A stretch of 64,000 nt of DNA from an uncultured Planctomycetia bacterium (GTDB lineage: Bacteria; Omnitrophota; Gorgyraeia; Gorgyraeales; Gorgyraeaceae). Of this stretch, positions 55,670 through 64,000 are shown one piece after another. Position 1 is the stretch's first letter. Each line of letters opens with the position of its first letter. The notes under the pieces were generated by a model. The model was not told the DNA's origin. It saw only the letters and a program-made list of their open reading frames with translations, and did not search any database. The translations under genes were made by a program, and so were the position numbers. The stretch lies in NCBI GenBank assembly GCA_964415355.1, contig CAYPYS010000001.1:1361-65360 (forward strand), written 5' to 3'.

Positions 55670-57363
55670 TATTCCTCCTGGGTCGCGCGGAGCATCTCTT
55701 CCACTGTGGTCACGCCGCTCTTTACCTTTTGAATACCATCCTGTTTTAAAGTGACCATGCCGGAGGAGACAGCTTGTTTTTTGATCTCGTCGTGAGGCGC
55801 CTTGGCTATGGTCAGCTTACGTATTGCCTCATCCATGATCATTAATTCAAATATACCGATCCTTCCTTTATAACCGGTGTTCATGCATTTCGGACAACCT
55901 TTGCCTCGATAAAATTTTGTCCCTGATTCGTCTAGAAGTCCAATGTCTCGCAGTTCCTCTTTTGTCGGCGCGTATTCTTCTTTGCAACTTTTGCAGATGG
56001 TCCTTACAAGGCGCTGCGCCAGGACGCCTATGACAGAGGATGAGACTAAAAACGGCTCTACGCCCATATCGATCATTCTTGTCAACGCACCTGCTGCATC
56101 ATTTGTATGAAGAGTGGAAAAGACCAGGTGTCCGGTCAGGGCAGAATGGACAGCTATCTCTGATGTTTCAAAATCCCTGATCTCGCCCACCATTATCACG
56201 TCAGGGTCTTGTCTTAACATCGATCTCAGGCCATTGGCAAATGTCAAGTCTACCTTTGGGTTTACCTGCATCTGTCTTATGCCCGATAGCTTGTATTCGA
56301 CGGGATCTTCGATTGTTATTATATTCTTCTCAACGTTATTTATCTTGTCCAGGGAAACATAAAGCGTGGTGGTCTTTCCGCATCCTGTCGGGCCAGTGAC
56401 TAAAATCATGCCATGCGGGTGAAAGATGAGTTTTTGATATTTTTCTAAGACCTCTTTGGAAAACCCTGTATCTTTAAGGCTTAATAGGGCGCTTGAGACA
56501 TCCAAAAGCCGCATCACAATATTCTCCCCGTATATAGTAGGCATACAGGAGACGCGTATGTCAATCTCCTTGCCCTCCATCTTAAGCGTGAATCTGCCGT
56601 CCTGGGGCGCGCGCCTTTCAGCTATGTCCAGGCTTGCCATTATTTTGATCCTAGAGATTATAGCTGATTGAAGATGCTTGGGCGGAGAAGACACCTCATG
56701 CAGCACGCCGTCTACCCGGAACCTGGTCTTAAGCACGTCTTCTTCCGGCTCGATATGTATATCGCTCGCGCCTTCGCGGACAGCTTTCATGACGATCAGG
56801 TTCACCAGTTTTACGACTACAGGTTCTTCGGCTACGCCCTCCAGCTTCTTGAGATCGATCTCTCCTTCTTTTATATCAAGATTTTTCTCATCAATAGCTT
56901 TTATTACATCCTCCATCGTGCCTTTTGCGCCATAATGCTCATCTAGTGCCTTTTTTACCTCAGTCTCTGTCGCCACGGCAGGCTCGACGATCATACCTGT
57001 CTTCATCCTCACTTCATCCAGGGCGAACACATTCCATGGGTCGACCATTGCGCATGTAATGCGATTTCCTATCTTAAACAAGGGCACGAGCTCATGCTTC
57101 CTCGCTAAATTTTCAGGGATAAGTTCGATCGTCTTGGAATCTACCAGATAGCCGCTCAGCTCTATCCTTGGCAGACCTAGTTTATTACTCAAGAAGAATA
57201 CTAGATCTTCCTCGCTCATAAATCCTAATTTAACCAAGACCTTTCTCAATCTAAGCCCAGAGCGTTTTTCTTCTGCCTTTGCCTTTTTAAGCTGCTCTGG
57301 AGTCAAAATGCCCTCTTCGACTAAACTGTCTCCCAGCGACCTCTTTTGCTTCTTCGCCATCAT
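55669..57363 (-). CDS. pilB: type IV pilus assembly ATPase (PilB/GspE family)
   Basis: An N-terminal GSPII_E_N domain, the Walker A motif GPTGCGKTTT and a tetracysteine motif are present. Confidence 0.9.
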   Translation of the reverse strand: MMAKKQKRSLGDSLVEEGILTPEQLKKAKAEEKRSGLRLRKVLVKLGFMSEEDLVFFLSNKLGLPRIELSGYLVDSKTIELIPENLARKHELVPLFKIGNRITCAMVDPWNVFALDEVRMKTGMIVEPAVATETEVKKALDEHYGAKGTMEDVIKAIDEKNLDIKEGEIDLKKLEGVAEEPVVVKLVNLIVMKAVREGASDIHIEPEEDVLKTRFRVDGVLHEVSSPPKHLQSAIISRIKIMASLDIAERRAPQDGRFTLKMEGKEIDIRVSCMPTIYGENIVMRLLDVSSALLSLKDTGFSKEVLEKYQKLIFHPHGMILVTGPTGCGKTTTLYVSLDKINNVEKNIITIEDPVEYKLSGIRQMQVNPKVDLTFANGLRSMLRQDPDVIMVGEIRDFETSEIAVHSALTGHLVFSTLHTNDAAGALTRMIDMGVEPFLVSSSVIGVLAQRLVRTICKSCKEEYAPTKEELRDIGLLDESGTKFYRGKGCPKCMNTGYKGRIGIFELMIMDEAIRKLTIAKAPHDEIKKQAVSSGMVTLKQDGIQKVKSGVTTVEEMLRATQEE

Positions 57364-57372
57364 CTTCTCCCG

Positions 57373-57411
57373 CTAACTTTACATTTCAACAACGTTAAAG
57401 TGTAAAGTTAG
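57373..57411. repeat. 39-bp repeat, copy 30 (A)
   Basis: It lies between the GAF histidine kinase gene and pilB. Confidence 0.9.
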
Positions 57412-58604
57412 AGCGCGCGTATGTCTTTTGGCAGGGTAAATAAAAACCGCGATCCCTTGCCTGTTTCGCTATCCACCCATATCCTTCCTCTATGCAACTC
57501 TATTATCTCTTTTGCAATAGGAAGGCCCAGGCCTGTACTTTTTACCCCATCCGATTTTTCTTTAGCCACTGTATAAAATTTATCGAAGATCTTGTCCTGA
57601 TCTTCGCTGGCAATCCCCGCTCCATTATCTATCACGCTCACCTGTATAAATTTTCCCAGATTTTCCAGCCTTACATCTACCTTGCCATTTTCCTGCGTGT
57701 AGTTAATGGCATTGCTGATAAGATTGACAAGCACCCGCGTAATCAAATCGTGGTCAAACCACATATTGATTTTCTTGCGCGGTGTTGCCAATTTAAACTT
57801 TATGTCTTTCTTATCAGCGCTGAACTTCAAAGTATCATAAGAGTCCTTTAAAACAGGGCATATGTCCTGGTAGTTTCTTTTCATACGAAGCTTGCCGGAT
57901 TCAAGCTTTGATACATCCAAAAGGTCATTTACAAGATCAAGCACTCTATTGACATTATTTCTGACAATGTTTAAAAATTCTTCTTGCCCTTTATTGACTT
58001 TGCCAGCTGTGCCATCGAGCATCAGATTTGTTGCCTCTTTTACAGCGGCGAGTGGTGAACGCAATTCATGTGAAATAGTCGATACGAAATCAAGCTTTAT
58101 CTGGCTCAACCTCTTGAACTCTTCATATTTTAAAGATCTATTTACGGAGCGGGAGATATGATCAGAAAGTTCCTTTAATTTATTAAGGTCCTCTTCATCA
58201 AAAGCCTCTTTTGTGGCCTTATTGTTTACATTGACAACTCCTAAAAGCTCGTCTCTCGCCATAAGTGGCACACTTAGAAGAGAATCATTGTGATATTCTC
58301 CGCCTCTCCTTCGAAATCTTCTATCCTTTCCGATATCCTTTATAAGAAGCGGTTCTTTATTTTTTGCAACCCACCCCGAAACGCCCTCTCCCACCTTTGT
58401 CTTTGTGCTCTTTGCTATATCCTCAGCAATACCCTTTGCCACCTTAATGGAAAGCTCCTGGTTCTCTTTATCCAGGAGCATTAAAGACCCTCTTTCTACA
58501 CCAAGCATCTCGGTAATGCTGTCCATAGAGATCTTAAGGCAATCCTCCAGCTCAGCCTGCTCATGTATATCCCTTACTATGTTGTCCCAAGTCCTCGTAT
58601 CCAT
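57408..58604 (-). CDS. GAF-domain sensor histidine kinase (cytoplasmic)
   Basis: GAF region, H-box ISHELRSPL and HATPase G-boxes. Confidence 0.8.
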   Translation of the reverse strand: MDTRTWDNIVRDIHEQAELEDCLKISMDSITEMLGVERGSLMLLDKENQELSIKVAKGIAEDIAKSTKTKVGEGVSGWVAKNKEPLLIKDIGKDRRFRRRGGEYHNDSLLSVPLMARDELLGVVNVNNKATKEAFDEEDLNKLKELSDHISRSVNRSLKYEEFKRLSQIKLDFVSTISHELRSPLAAVKEATNLMLDGTAGKVNKGQEEFLNIVRNNVNRVLDLVNDLLDVSKLESGKLRMKRNYQDICPVLKDSYDTLKFSADKKDIKFKLATPRKKINMWFDHDLITRVLVNLISNAINYTQENGKVDVRLENLGKFIQVSVIDNGAGIASEDQDKIFDKFYTVAKEKSDGVKSTGLGLPIAKEIIELHRGRIWVDSETGKGSRFLFTLPKDIRAL

Positions 58605-58616
58605 ATATTCGTCATC

Positions 58617-58655
58617 CCTAACTTTACACTTTAACGTTGTTGAAATGTAAAGTTA
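58617..58655. repeat. 39-bp repeat, copy 31 (B)
   Basis: It lies between the first RR gene and the GAF kinase gene. Confidence 0.9.
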
Positions 58656-59027
58656 GGTCTTCTTTGTGTAAAATTTTATCTTGTCTATCAGTTCTTCCGC
58701 GTCAAAGGGCTTAGCTATAAAATCTGATGCTCCAACGTCTTTAGCTTCTTTTGGACAAGAATCTTGGCAAAGTCCTGCAGAAAATAATATTATAGGTATA
58801 TCCTTTGTTTCAGGAGTTACTTTTAATTTCTTGCACACCTCATAGCCGTGCATAACTGGCATAAATAAATCCAAAAGTACAATATCGGGTTTTGTCTCTT
58901 TTGCCTTATAAAGTGCACTTAGACCATCATACGCACAAGTAACTTCAAAACCATTGGACTCGAGCCTTGCCTTTGTAACCTCTATTATGTCCTTCTCGTC
59001 ATCCACTAATAACACTTTTGTCTTCAT
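58653..59027 (-). CDS. single-domain response regulator (REC only)
   Basis: KVLLVDDE...LLDLFMPVMHGYEV is a CheY-like receiver. Confidence 0.85.
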   Translation of the reverse strand: MKTKVLLVDDEKDIIEVTKARLESNGFEVTCAYDGLSALYKAKETKPDIVLLDLFMPVMHGYEVCKKLKVTPETKDIPIILFSAGLCQDSCPKEAKDVGASDFIAKPFDAEELIDKIKFYTKKT

Positions 59028-59398
59028 ATCTTCAATATCTCTCTCACCTTTTTGACTACATCATCCATCTCAAAAGGTTTTTCCATATAGCCTGAAATTT
59101 TCTGGAATGCAAACAAGTCGCGCACCTTTTCTTCCTCCTTGCCGCTAAGCATCAAAACAGGGATATTTTTTGTCTTAGGGAGACTTCTTAATTCTTTCAG
59201 GCAGGAGTAGCCGTCCATCTTGGGCATCATAATATCCAGTAAAATCATATCTGGCATCTCTTGTTCTGCTATCTTGACGCCTGCTTCACCATCGCCAACA
59301 GTTATAACCTGTAGATTCTCCTGCTCCAACCTGATCTTCAAAAGCTTCTGCATATCAGGCTCATCGTCTATTACTAGAACCTTCTTTTGTCCATCCAT
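59024..59398 (-). CDS. single-domain response regulator (REC only)
   Basis: KVLVIDDE...LLDIMMPKMDGY. Paralog of the neighbouring receivers. Confidence 0.85.
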   Translation of the reverse strand: MDGQKKVLVIDDEPDMQKLLKIRLEQENLQVITVGDGEAGVKIAEQEMPDMILLDIMMPKMDGYSCLKELRSLPKTKNIPVLMLSGKEEEKVRDLFAFQKISGYMEKPFEMDDVVKKVREILKI

Positions 59399-59418
59399 AA
59401 CACCCTCTCTTTATGCCG

Positions 59419-59457
59419 CTAACTTTACATTTCAACAACGTTAAAATGTAAAGTTAG
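59419..59457. repeat. 39-bp repeat, copy 32 (A)
   Basis: It lies between the RR2 and RR3 genes. Confidence 0.9.
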
Positions 59458-59461
59458 GCTA

Positions 59462-59833
59462 TTATTTTAGTAGTTCTTTTATCTTTCCTACCAACGCCTC
59501 TGGCTCGAAGGGTTTTGTAATATATGCGTCTGCACCCATTTCTTTGCCAATCATCTTATCCTTCTCCTGTGCCCTGGCAGTAAACATGATAATCGGCTTA
59601 TGCTTATGTTTTTCGTCAAACTTTAGCATTCTGCAAACCTTATAGCCGTCGATTTTAGGAAGCATTAAATCTAATATTACCAAATCCGGCCACGTAGACC
59701 TAGCCTTATCCAACCCCTCCTGGCCATCAGCTGCCTCTTTCACATCATATCCTACTGCCTCGAGGCGAAACTTCAGCATCTTCCGCAAATCTTCTTCATC
59801 ATCAACCAAAAGAATCTTTTTTTTCTCATTCAT
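59462..59833 (-). CDS. single-domain response regulator (REC only)
   Basis: KILLVDDE...ILDLMLPKIDGY. Confidence 0.85.
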   Translation of the reverse strand: MNEKKKILLVDDEEDLRKMLKFRLEAVGYDVKEAADGQEGLDKARSTWPDLVILDLMLPKIDGYKVCRMLKFDEKHKHKPIIMFTARAQEKDKMIGKEMGADAYITKPFEPEALVGKIKELLK

Positions 59834-60195
59834 AATACGCTCCTTATTTTTTCTATTAAATCCTTGGGATCATACGGCTTTTCAACAAAATACTTTATGT
59901 CCTCAAGCGCAAAAAGATCGCCCACCTTCTTTTTCTCCTTCGCTGATAGTATTATAACAGGAATATCCTTAAATTCATCTTCTTTCCTCATCTCTCTTAG
60001 GGCACTATAACCATCCATCTTAGGGAGCATTATATCTAACAATATCGCATCCGGCTTTTTGATCTTTAATAAATTAAGCATCTCTTCTCCGTCTCCGGCA
60101 CCCATAAACTCAAAACCTTCTGCCTCAAGTCTTGTCTTCATCATCTTTAACATATCCTGATCGTCATCAACAACTAGTATCCTTTTCTTTGCCAT
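59830..60195 (-). CDS. single-domain response regulator (REC only)
   Basis: RILVVDDD...LLDIMLPKMDGY. Confidence 0.85.
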   Translation of the reverse strand: MAKKRILVVDDDQDMLKMMKTRLEAEGFEFMGAGDGEEMLNLLKIKKPDAILLDIMLPKMDGYSALREMRKEDEFKDIPVIILSAKEKKKVGDLFALEDIKYFVEKPYDPKDLIEKIRSVL

Positions 60196-61363
60196 CTTCC
60201 ACCTCCTGCCTAAATGTTATTTTTTTGCCTTTCAAATCTTTCTCACTCTGTTTTATTAAACTCTCCTTATTCTCTGCCTCTCCAGGATAAACTGCAATAC
60301 CATAATTTAAAGGAACGTTAATTCTTTTCTTTAATCTTTCCAAAATGCTCTTTACGCCACATCTATTAGTACCTACCATCATAGCTAATAGCTTTCCGTC
60401 CTTGAATCTCGCGACCTTATCCTCAGGACCTCTGACCGTAGTCTTCATTGCCTCTTCTAAACTGGCTAGGTTTTCTTCGCTGTTATCCTTTTTCTTATTG
60501 ATACTAAAAACAATCAATGCTAATTCCAGCTCAGCATACCTCGCCCTCTCTATAGCTCCATCAAGCAAAAAATTAAACTCATTATCTCTCTTGTAAATAG
60601 GCAATGTAAAGATAAACTTACTCCCTTTACCCTCTTCAGACTCGACCCATATATCACCCGCGTGATAATCTACAATTCTCTTGCAAATAGAAAGTCCAAG
60701 GCCAAGGCCTGTATGTTTACGCGTCATACTGGTATCCAATGGATTATATTCTTTAAAAAGCTCTGGTATAAGTTCTCTTGAAATCCCAATGCCTGTATCT
60801 TCTACGCTGACTCTTATGACTTCTTTCCCGTCGATATTTCCATTGGAACTAACTATTGTTATCTTGCCTTTTTCTCTATTAAACTTTATTGCATTCGATA
60901 TAAGATGCTTTAATGCCTGGGCTATTCTCTTAGGGTCAAACCATGCCTGCTCAATGCCGTCGGAGAGTTCAATATTAAAATCTATTTTTTTCTTTTCTAT
61001 ATCCTCTTTAATCTCGACATACACATCATTTATGACTTTATTTATATCTGCCTTTTTTTTGTGCATTGTAATGCGTCCAGAATCCAGCTTGGAAAAATCC
61101 AGAACATCTACTACGAGTTTCGCCAGTCTATCTATATTTTTCTTTGCCATGCTTAAAAATTTCTTCTGATCATCGCCTATGGGCCCGGCAACTCCTTCCA
61201 GCACCAAAGAAATACTTTCTTTAATAGAAGTCAAAGGCGTACGCAATTCATGCGAGATTATTGAGACAAAATCCGACCTTATCTTTGAAAGCTTCTCAAT
61301 GTCCTCATTCGCCCTCAAAAGCGCCTGTTTTAATTCCATAATCTGAACTTCTTGCTTCTTCAT
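60167..61363 (-). CDS. cytoplasmic histidine kinase with ~140-aa uncharacterised C-terminal extension
   Basis: HisKA (ISHELRTPL) and HATPase motifs. No TM. A C-terminal extra domain is present. The gene overlaps the upstream RR gene by 29 nt. Confidence 0.8.
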   Translation of the reverse strand: MKKQEVQIMELKQALLRANEDIEKLSKIRSDFVSIISHELRTPLTSIKESISLVLEGVAGPIGDDQKKFLSMAKKNIDRLAKLVVDVLDFSKLDSGRITMHKKKADINKVINDVYVEIKEDIEKKKIDFNIELSDGIEQAWFDPKRIAQALKHLISNAIKFNREKGKITIVSSNGNIDGKEVIRVSVEDTGIGISRELIPELFKEYNPLDTSMTRKHTGLGLGLSICKRIVDYHAGDIWVESEEGKGSKFIFTLPIYKRDNEFNFLLDGAIERARYAELELALIVFSINKKKDNSEENLASLEEAMKTTVRGPEDKVARFKDGKLLAMMVGTNRCGVKSILERLKKRINVPLNYGIAVYPGEAENKESLIKQSEKDLKGKKITFRQEVEDGKEKDTSC

Positions 61364-61378
61364 GACTATCCCATCTAC

Positions 61379-61417
61379 CTAAGTTTACACTTTAACATTG
61401 TTGAAGTGTAAACTTAG
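61379..61417. repeat. 39-bp repeat, copy 33 (B variant)
   Basis: CTAAGTTTACACTTTAACATTGTTGAAGTGTAAACTTAG lies between the RR remnant and the histidine kinase gene. Confidence 0.85.
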
Positions 61418-61649
61418 GGATTATTTCAAGAGTCTCCTCTATCTTCCCCAAAAGCGCCTTTGGATCAAACGGTTTTGTAACATATGCGTCTGCGCCGACT
61501 TCTTCGCTTACCTTATGATCTTCGCCTATAGAATCTCGCAGCATAGTATATACAAACCAATACATCAGGATAATGACTATAAAGATAGTGGTAAAAATTG
61601 GCAAAAAAATAGAACGAAAAATCTTGCGTTTAATGCTGCTCTTGCCCAC
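61392..61649 (-). pseudogene. remnant of a response-regulator gene (C-terminal piece fused to an unrelated hydrophobic N-terminus)
   Basis: ...GADAYVTKPFDPKALLGKIEETLEI matches the C-terminus of the RR at 59462..59833 (GADAYITKPFEPEALVGKIKELLK). The end of the ORF runs into a repeat copy. Confidence 0.4.
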
Positions 61650-61698
61650 GATCCCCTCCAGCCTCGATACAATAAGCTATTTAGTGAGCTATATAACT

Positions 61699-61726
61699 AC
61701 TAGTATATATATAAATACATACTAGT
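61699..61726. promoter_or_regulatory. 28-bp palindrome ACTAGTAT-N12-ATACTAGT in an AT-rich untranslated region
   Basis: Read directly from the sequence. It lies between the double-REC regulator gene and the RR remnant. Confidence 0.35.
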
Positions 61727-61782
61727 CAAATTTAAATTTACATAGTGTTAATCCATGCAGTGAAACGTAATCAGGAAGGGAC

Positions 61783-61821
61783 TTAACTTTACATTTCAAC
61801 AACGTTAAAGTGTAAAGTTAA
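61783..61821. repeat. 39-bp repeat, copy 34 (A)
   Basis: It lies downstream of the double-REC regulator gene. Confidence 0.9.
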
Positions 61822-61835
61822 GCAGAGGTGGATTT

Positions 61836-62576
61836 TTATATATTGTCTTTTGTGATCTTTATTATTTCTTCTCTCGATATCGGTTTCATGCAGAACATGG
61901 TATTGCCGCCAATGCCATGCTCGCCCCGCTCCAGTAAATTACCCAGCTTGGAGAGGAACCCGGATATGACGCAGATCTTCGCATCTTTATCAAGCTCTCT
62001 TAACTCCGCCAACAATTCCTTTCCGTCCTTATCGGGTAATGCCAGGTCTAAGAAAGTCAGATGAAATTTTCTTGATTTGAATAATTCCATCCCTTCCTTT
62101 GCATTTTTTGCAAAGTCAAGCTCATAGTCAAGATTGCCTAAAACAGCCTTAAAAGCCTCTCTGATTAATTTGTCGTCATCTATTATCAAAATTCTCTTTC
62201 TGCCACCCTCGCCGCCCAGAAGTTCTTCTGTCATCTTTAAAAGCGAGTCTTTGAATATAGGCTTGTGGACGATCTTGCTCACCGCCCCTTCTTTTATAAG
62301 CAGCATATACTCTGCCATCTTATCCTCTGTCATTGCAGTAACAATACAGACCTTTGCGTTTCTCTTTGCCTTCTTTATCGCCCTGAAGGTATCGAGTCCG
62401 CTCATGCCAGGCATGTGTATACCAAGATAAATCAGGTCATAATTAGCGCTTTTAATTTTTTCCAGACCACTCTCCCCGCTCAAGGACGTATCCACCTCAT
62501 AACCTTCTTTTTCAAGGATACTTTTTACGCCGTTACATACTGTTTTGTCATCATCGATTATTAATATACGAGCCAT
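61836..62576 (-). CDS. tandem double-receiver response regulator (REC-REC, no output domain)
   Basis: Two receiver signatures are present (RILIIDDD at residues ~3 and ~128). Confidence 0.8.
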   Translation of the reverse strand: MARILIIDDDKTVCNGVKSILEKEGYEVDTSLSGESGLEKIKSANYDLIYLGIHMPGMSGLDTFRAIKKAKRNAKVCIVTAMTEDKMAEYMLLIKEGAVSKIVHKPIFKDSLLKMTEELLGGEGGRKRILIIDDDKLIREAFKAVLGNLDYELDFAKNAKEGMELFKSRKFHLTFLDLALPDKDGKELLAELRELDKDAKICVISGFLSKLGNLLERGEHGIGGNTMFCMKPISREEIIKITKDNI

Positions 62577-62586
62577 ATATGCCTCC

Positions 62587-64000
62587 TTATTTTGCGACAG
62601 GCAACGATATTATCACCTCTGTACCCTTATTCTCCTCTGAAACAATATCTATCTTTCCATTGTGCTGTTCTATGATATTTCTAACTATAGACATACCCAT
62701 ACCAAGGCCTTTACCAGCTGGTTTTGTTGTAAAGAATGGATCAAAGACTCTTTTCAGATTTTCCCTTTTAATGCCACAGCCTTCATCCTTTACCCTTATG
62801 TTTACCATGTCATTTTCTAGACAAGTAGAAATCTTAATTTTTTTTAATTTTGTTTTTAAAACTGCATCTTTTGCGTTCAATAAGATATTTACCAATACCT
62901 GCTGGATAGAATTTTTCGCAACCTCGACACACGGTAAATTTTCTCCAAGTTCTTTTACAAGCTCCACTTTTTTTAATTTATATTCATGCATGATTAGAGG
63001 GATAGTCGCATTTACTATCGGATTTATATTCTCTATTTTTAAAACAATCTTTTCTTTGCGCGAAAATACCAACAGCTTTGATATTACATTGGAAATCCTT
63101 TTGAGTCCGTCCACTATTTGCAATAAGGTTTTATACTCTTTTGTGCTTTTCTTTTTTTCCGAAAGAATTGTTTCTGTAAGTAGCATTGTACCCATTAGAG
63201 GATTATTCATCTCATGCGCCATACCTGCAGAAAGCGTGCCTAATGCTGCCATTTTTTCAGCCTGAATGAGTTGCTCCTCTGTCCTCTTTCGCTCTACGAT
63301 TTCTTTATTAAGTCTCTCTATAGAGGTCGTTGTGTTTTTCAGGTCTTCTGTCATCTTGTTAAAAGACGACGCTAAAGCGCCTATTTCATCTCTTGATTTG
63401 ATATCAACTTTTGTATCGATGTTACCCTTTCCTATCTTTACTGTTGCCTGTATCAATTTTCTTATTGGCTTTGAGATCGAATGCGAAATAAGAATGCCAA
63501 CTAAAATAGCGAACAGGGTAACGGCAAACGAAATAACCTTCAGGATATTCTTGAGCCTTTCGACAGGCGCGAATATCTCTTTTATCTCGTGCTCAACGAT
63601 CAAAATCCAGCCAAGCCCTTTAAAATCCTTAAAGCCCCCTGAACGAGCAAATGCAAATAATTCTTCTTCTTCGCCAGATTCAATATTAATAAAATAGCCT
63701 TCATCCTCTTTGATCTTCTCAGCATAGTCTTCATTAGAGACATCTCGCAAGAATTCGAAATCCCTCTTTTCTTTTGTAACATGGATCAACTTGCCGTCTT
63801 TATTTAGTAATTTAAAATACCTACTGTGATATTTTTCTGTTAACGCAACTGATGTTAATATATTGATAACTTCTTCTATATTTAAAACGATCTTCATGGC
63901 TCCGATAAAATTTCCATCCTTATCATCAATTCTAATCCCTATATCAGTCGAATAAACACCGGCGCTTTTGTCGTATTGAACATCACTAACATGCAAACCC
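62587..64000 (-). CDS. sensor histidine kinase with periplasmic sensor and HAMP; probably extends beyond the right window edge
   Basis: A TM segment and HAMP region (KPIRKLIQATVKIGKGN), the H-box HEMNNPL and the HATPase domain are present. Confidence 0.8.
   Translation of the reverse strand, partial: GLHVSDVQYDKSAGVYSTDIGIRIDDKDGNFIGAMKIVLNIEEVINILTSVALTEKYHSRYFKLLNKDGKLIHVTKEKRDFEFLRDVSNEDYAEKIKEDEGYFINIESGEEEELFAFARSGGFKDFKGLGWILIVEHEIKEIFAPVERLKNILKVISFAVTLFAILVGILISHSISKPIRKLIQATVKIGKGNIDTKVDIKSRDEIGALASSFNKMTEDLKNTTTSIERLNKEIVERKRTEEQLIQAEKMAALGTLSAGMAHEMNNPLMGTMLLTETILSEKKKSTKEYKTLLQIVDGLKRISNVISKLLVFSRKEKIVLKIENINPIVNATIPLIMHEYKLKKVELVKELGENLPCVEVAKNSIQQVLVNILLNAKDAVLKTKLKKIKISTCLENDMVNIRVKDEGCGIKRENLKRVFDPFFTTKPAGKGLGMGMSIVRNIIEQHNGKIDIVSEENKGTEVIISLPVAK

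Noticed and set aside
61392-61649. Calling 61392..61649 a functional small membrane protein
   Set aside because: Its C-terminal 25 residues duplicate the end of a neighbouring response regulator and it reads into a 39-bp element. It is more parsimoniously a gene remnant, so it is reported as a pseudogene with low confidence.

Overview
This is a 64-kb window of a low-GC (about 40-45% by eye) bacterial chromosome, most likely an uncultivated anaerobe. An Omnitrophota-like identity is only a weak inference from gene content. I support about 74 protein genes. All but one (a 5'-truncated recombinase at the left edge) are on the minus strand, plus three minus-strand tRNAs (His-GTG, Arg-TCT, Pro-TGG).

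The gene content falls into five blocks:
- (1) Left edge and housekeeping: a recombinase fragment next to tRNA-His, then rdgB, rph, a two-subunit class I fumarase, queE/queC, xerC/D, topA, dprA and aroK.
- (2) A ~12-kb energy-converting group-4 [NiFe] hydrogenase operon of Mrp-Mbh type. It carries NuoB/C/D/H/I/L-like subunits and MrpB-G antiporter subunits. It is preceded by an AsrA/AsrB-like NAD(P)H-oxidoreductase pair and a ferredoxin and followed by the HycI protease. Next come hypA-hypE-hypD-hypC and a hypF that retains only the Kae1-like domain.
- (3) A biotin operon bioB-X-bioF-bioD with no bioA, where X is a Rossmann-fold protein and a possible BioU-type substitute. It sits next to a LacI-family regulator gene.
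- (4) A large type IV pilus / T2SS-like machinery. It has two tandem secretins (one with a ~600-aa coiled-coil/TPR N-extension) and two paralogous PilM-N fusion / PilO / PilP sets. It also has a 1061-aa GspK-like giant minor pseudopilin, a PilX-like pseudopilin with beta-helical repeats, three prepilin genes, PilC and PilB.
- (5) A two-component block: two cytoplasmic histidine kinases bracket four tandem single-domain response regulators. There is also a response-regulator remnant, a double-REC regulator and a HAMP sensor kinase.

The most striking feature is a ~39-bp imperfect palindrome, CTAACTTTACAYTTYAACRWTGTTRAARTGTAAAGTTAG. It is present in 34 copies and sits in essentially every intergenic gap longer than ~40 bp. 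It occurs in both orientations and three times as inverted tandem pairs. It supplies the stop codon of the upstream gene and ends 10-20 nt before the next start codon. It also caused the ORF track to over-extend many N-termini (MLKCKV.../...LTLHFNVVEM artefacts).

A second, smaller GC-hairpin repeat family (GTCATTCCCGCGAAAGCGGGAAT, 4 copies) is also present. Other sequence-level signals are a perfect CRP-type palindrome upstream of the hydrogenase operon, a rho-independent terminator and a LacI-operator-like inverted repeat.
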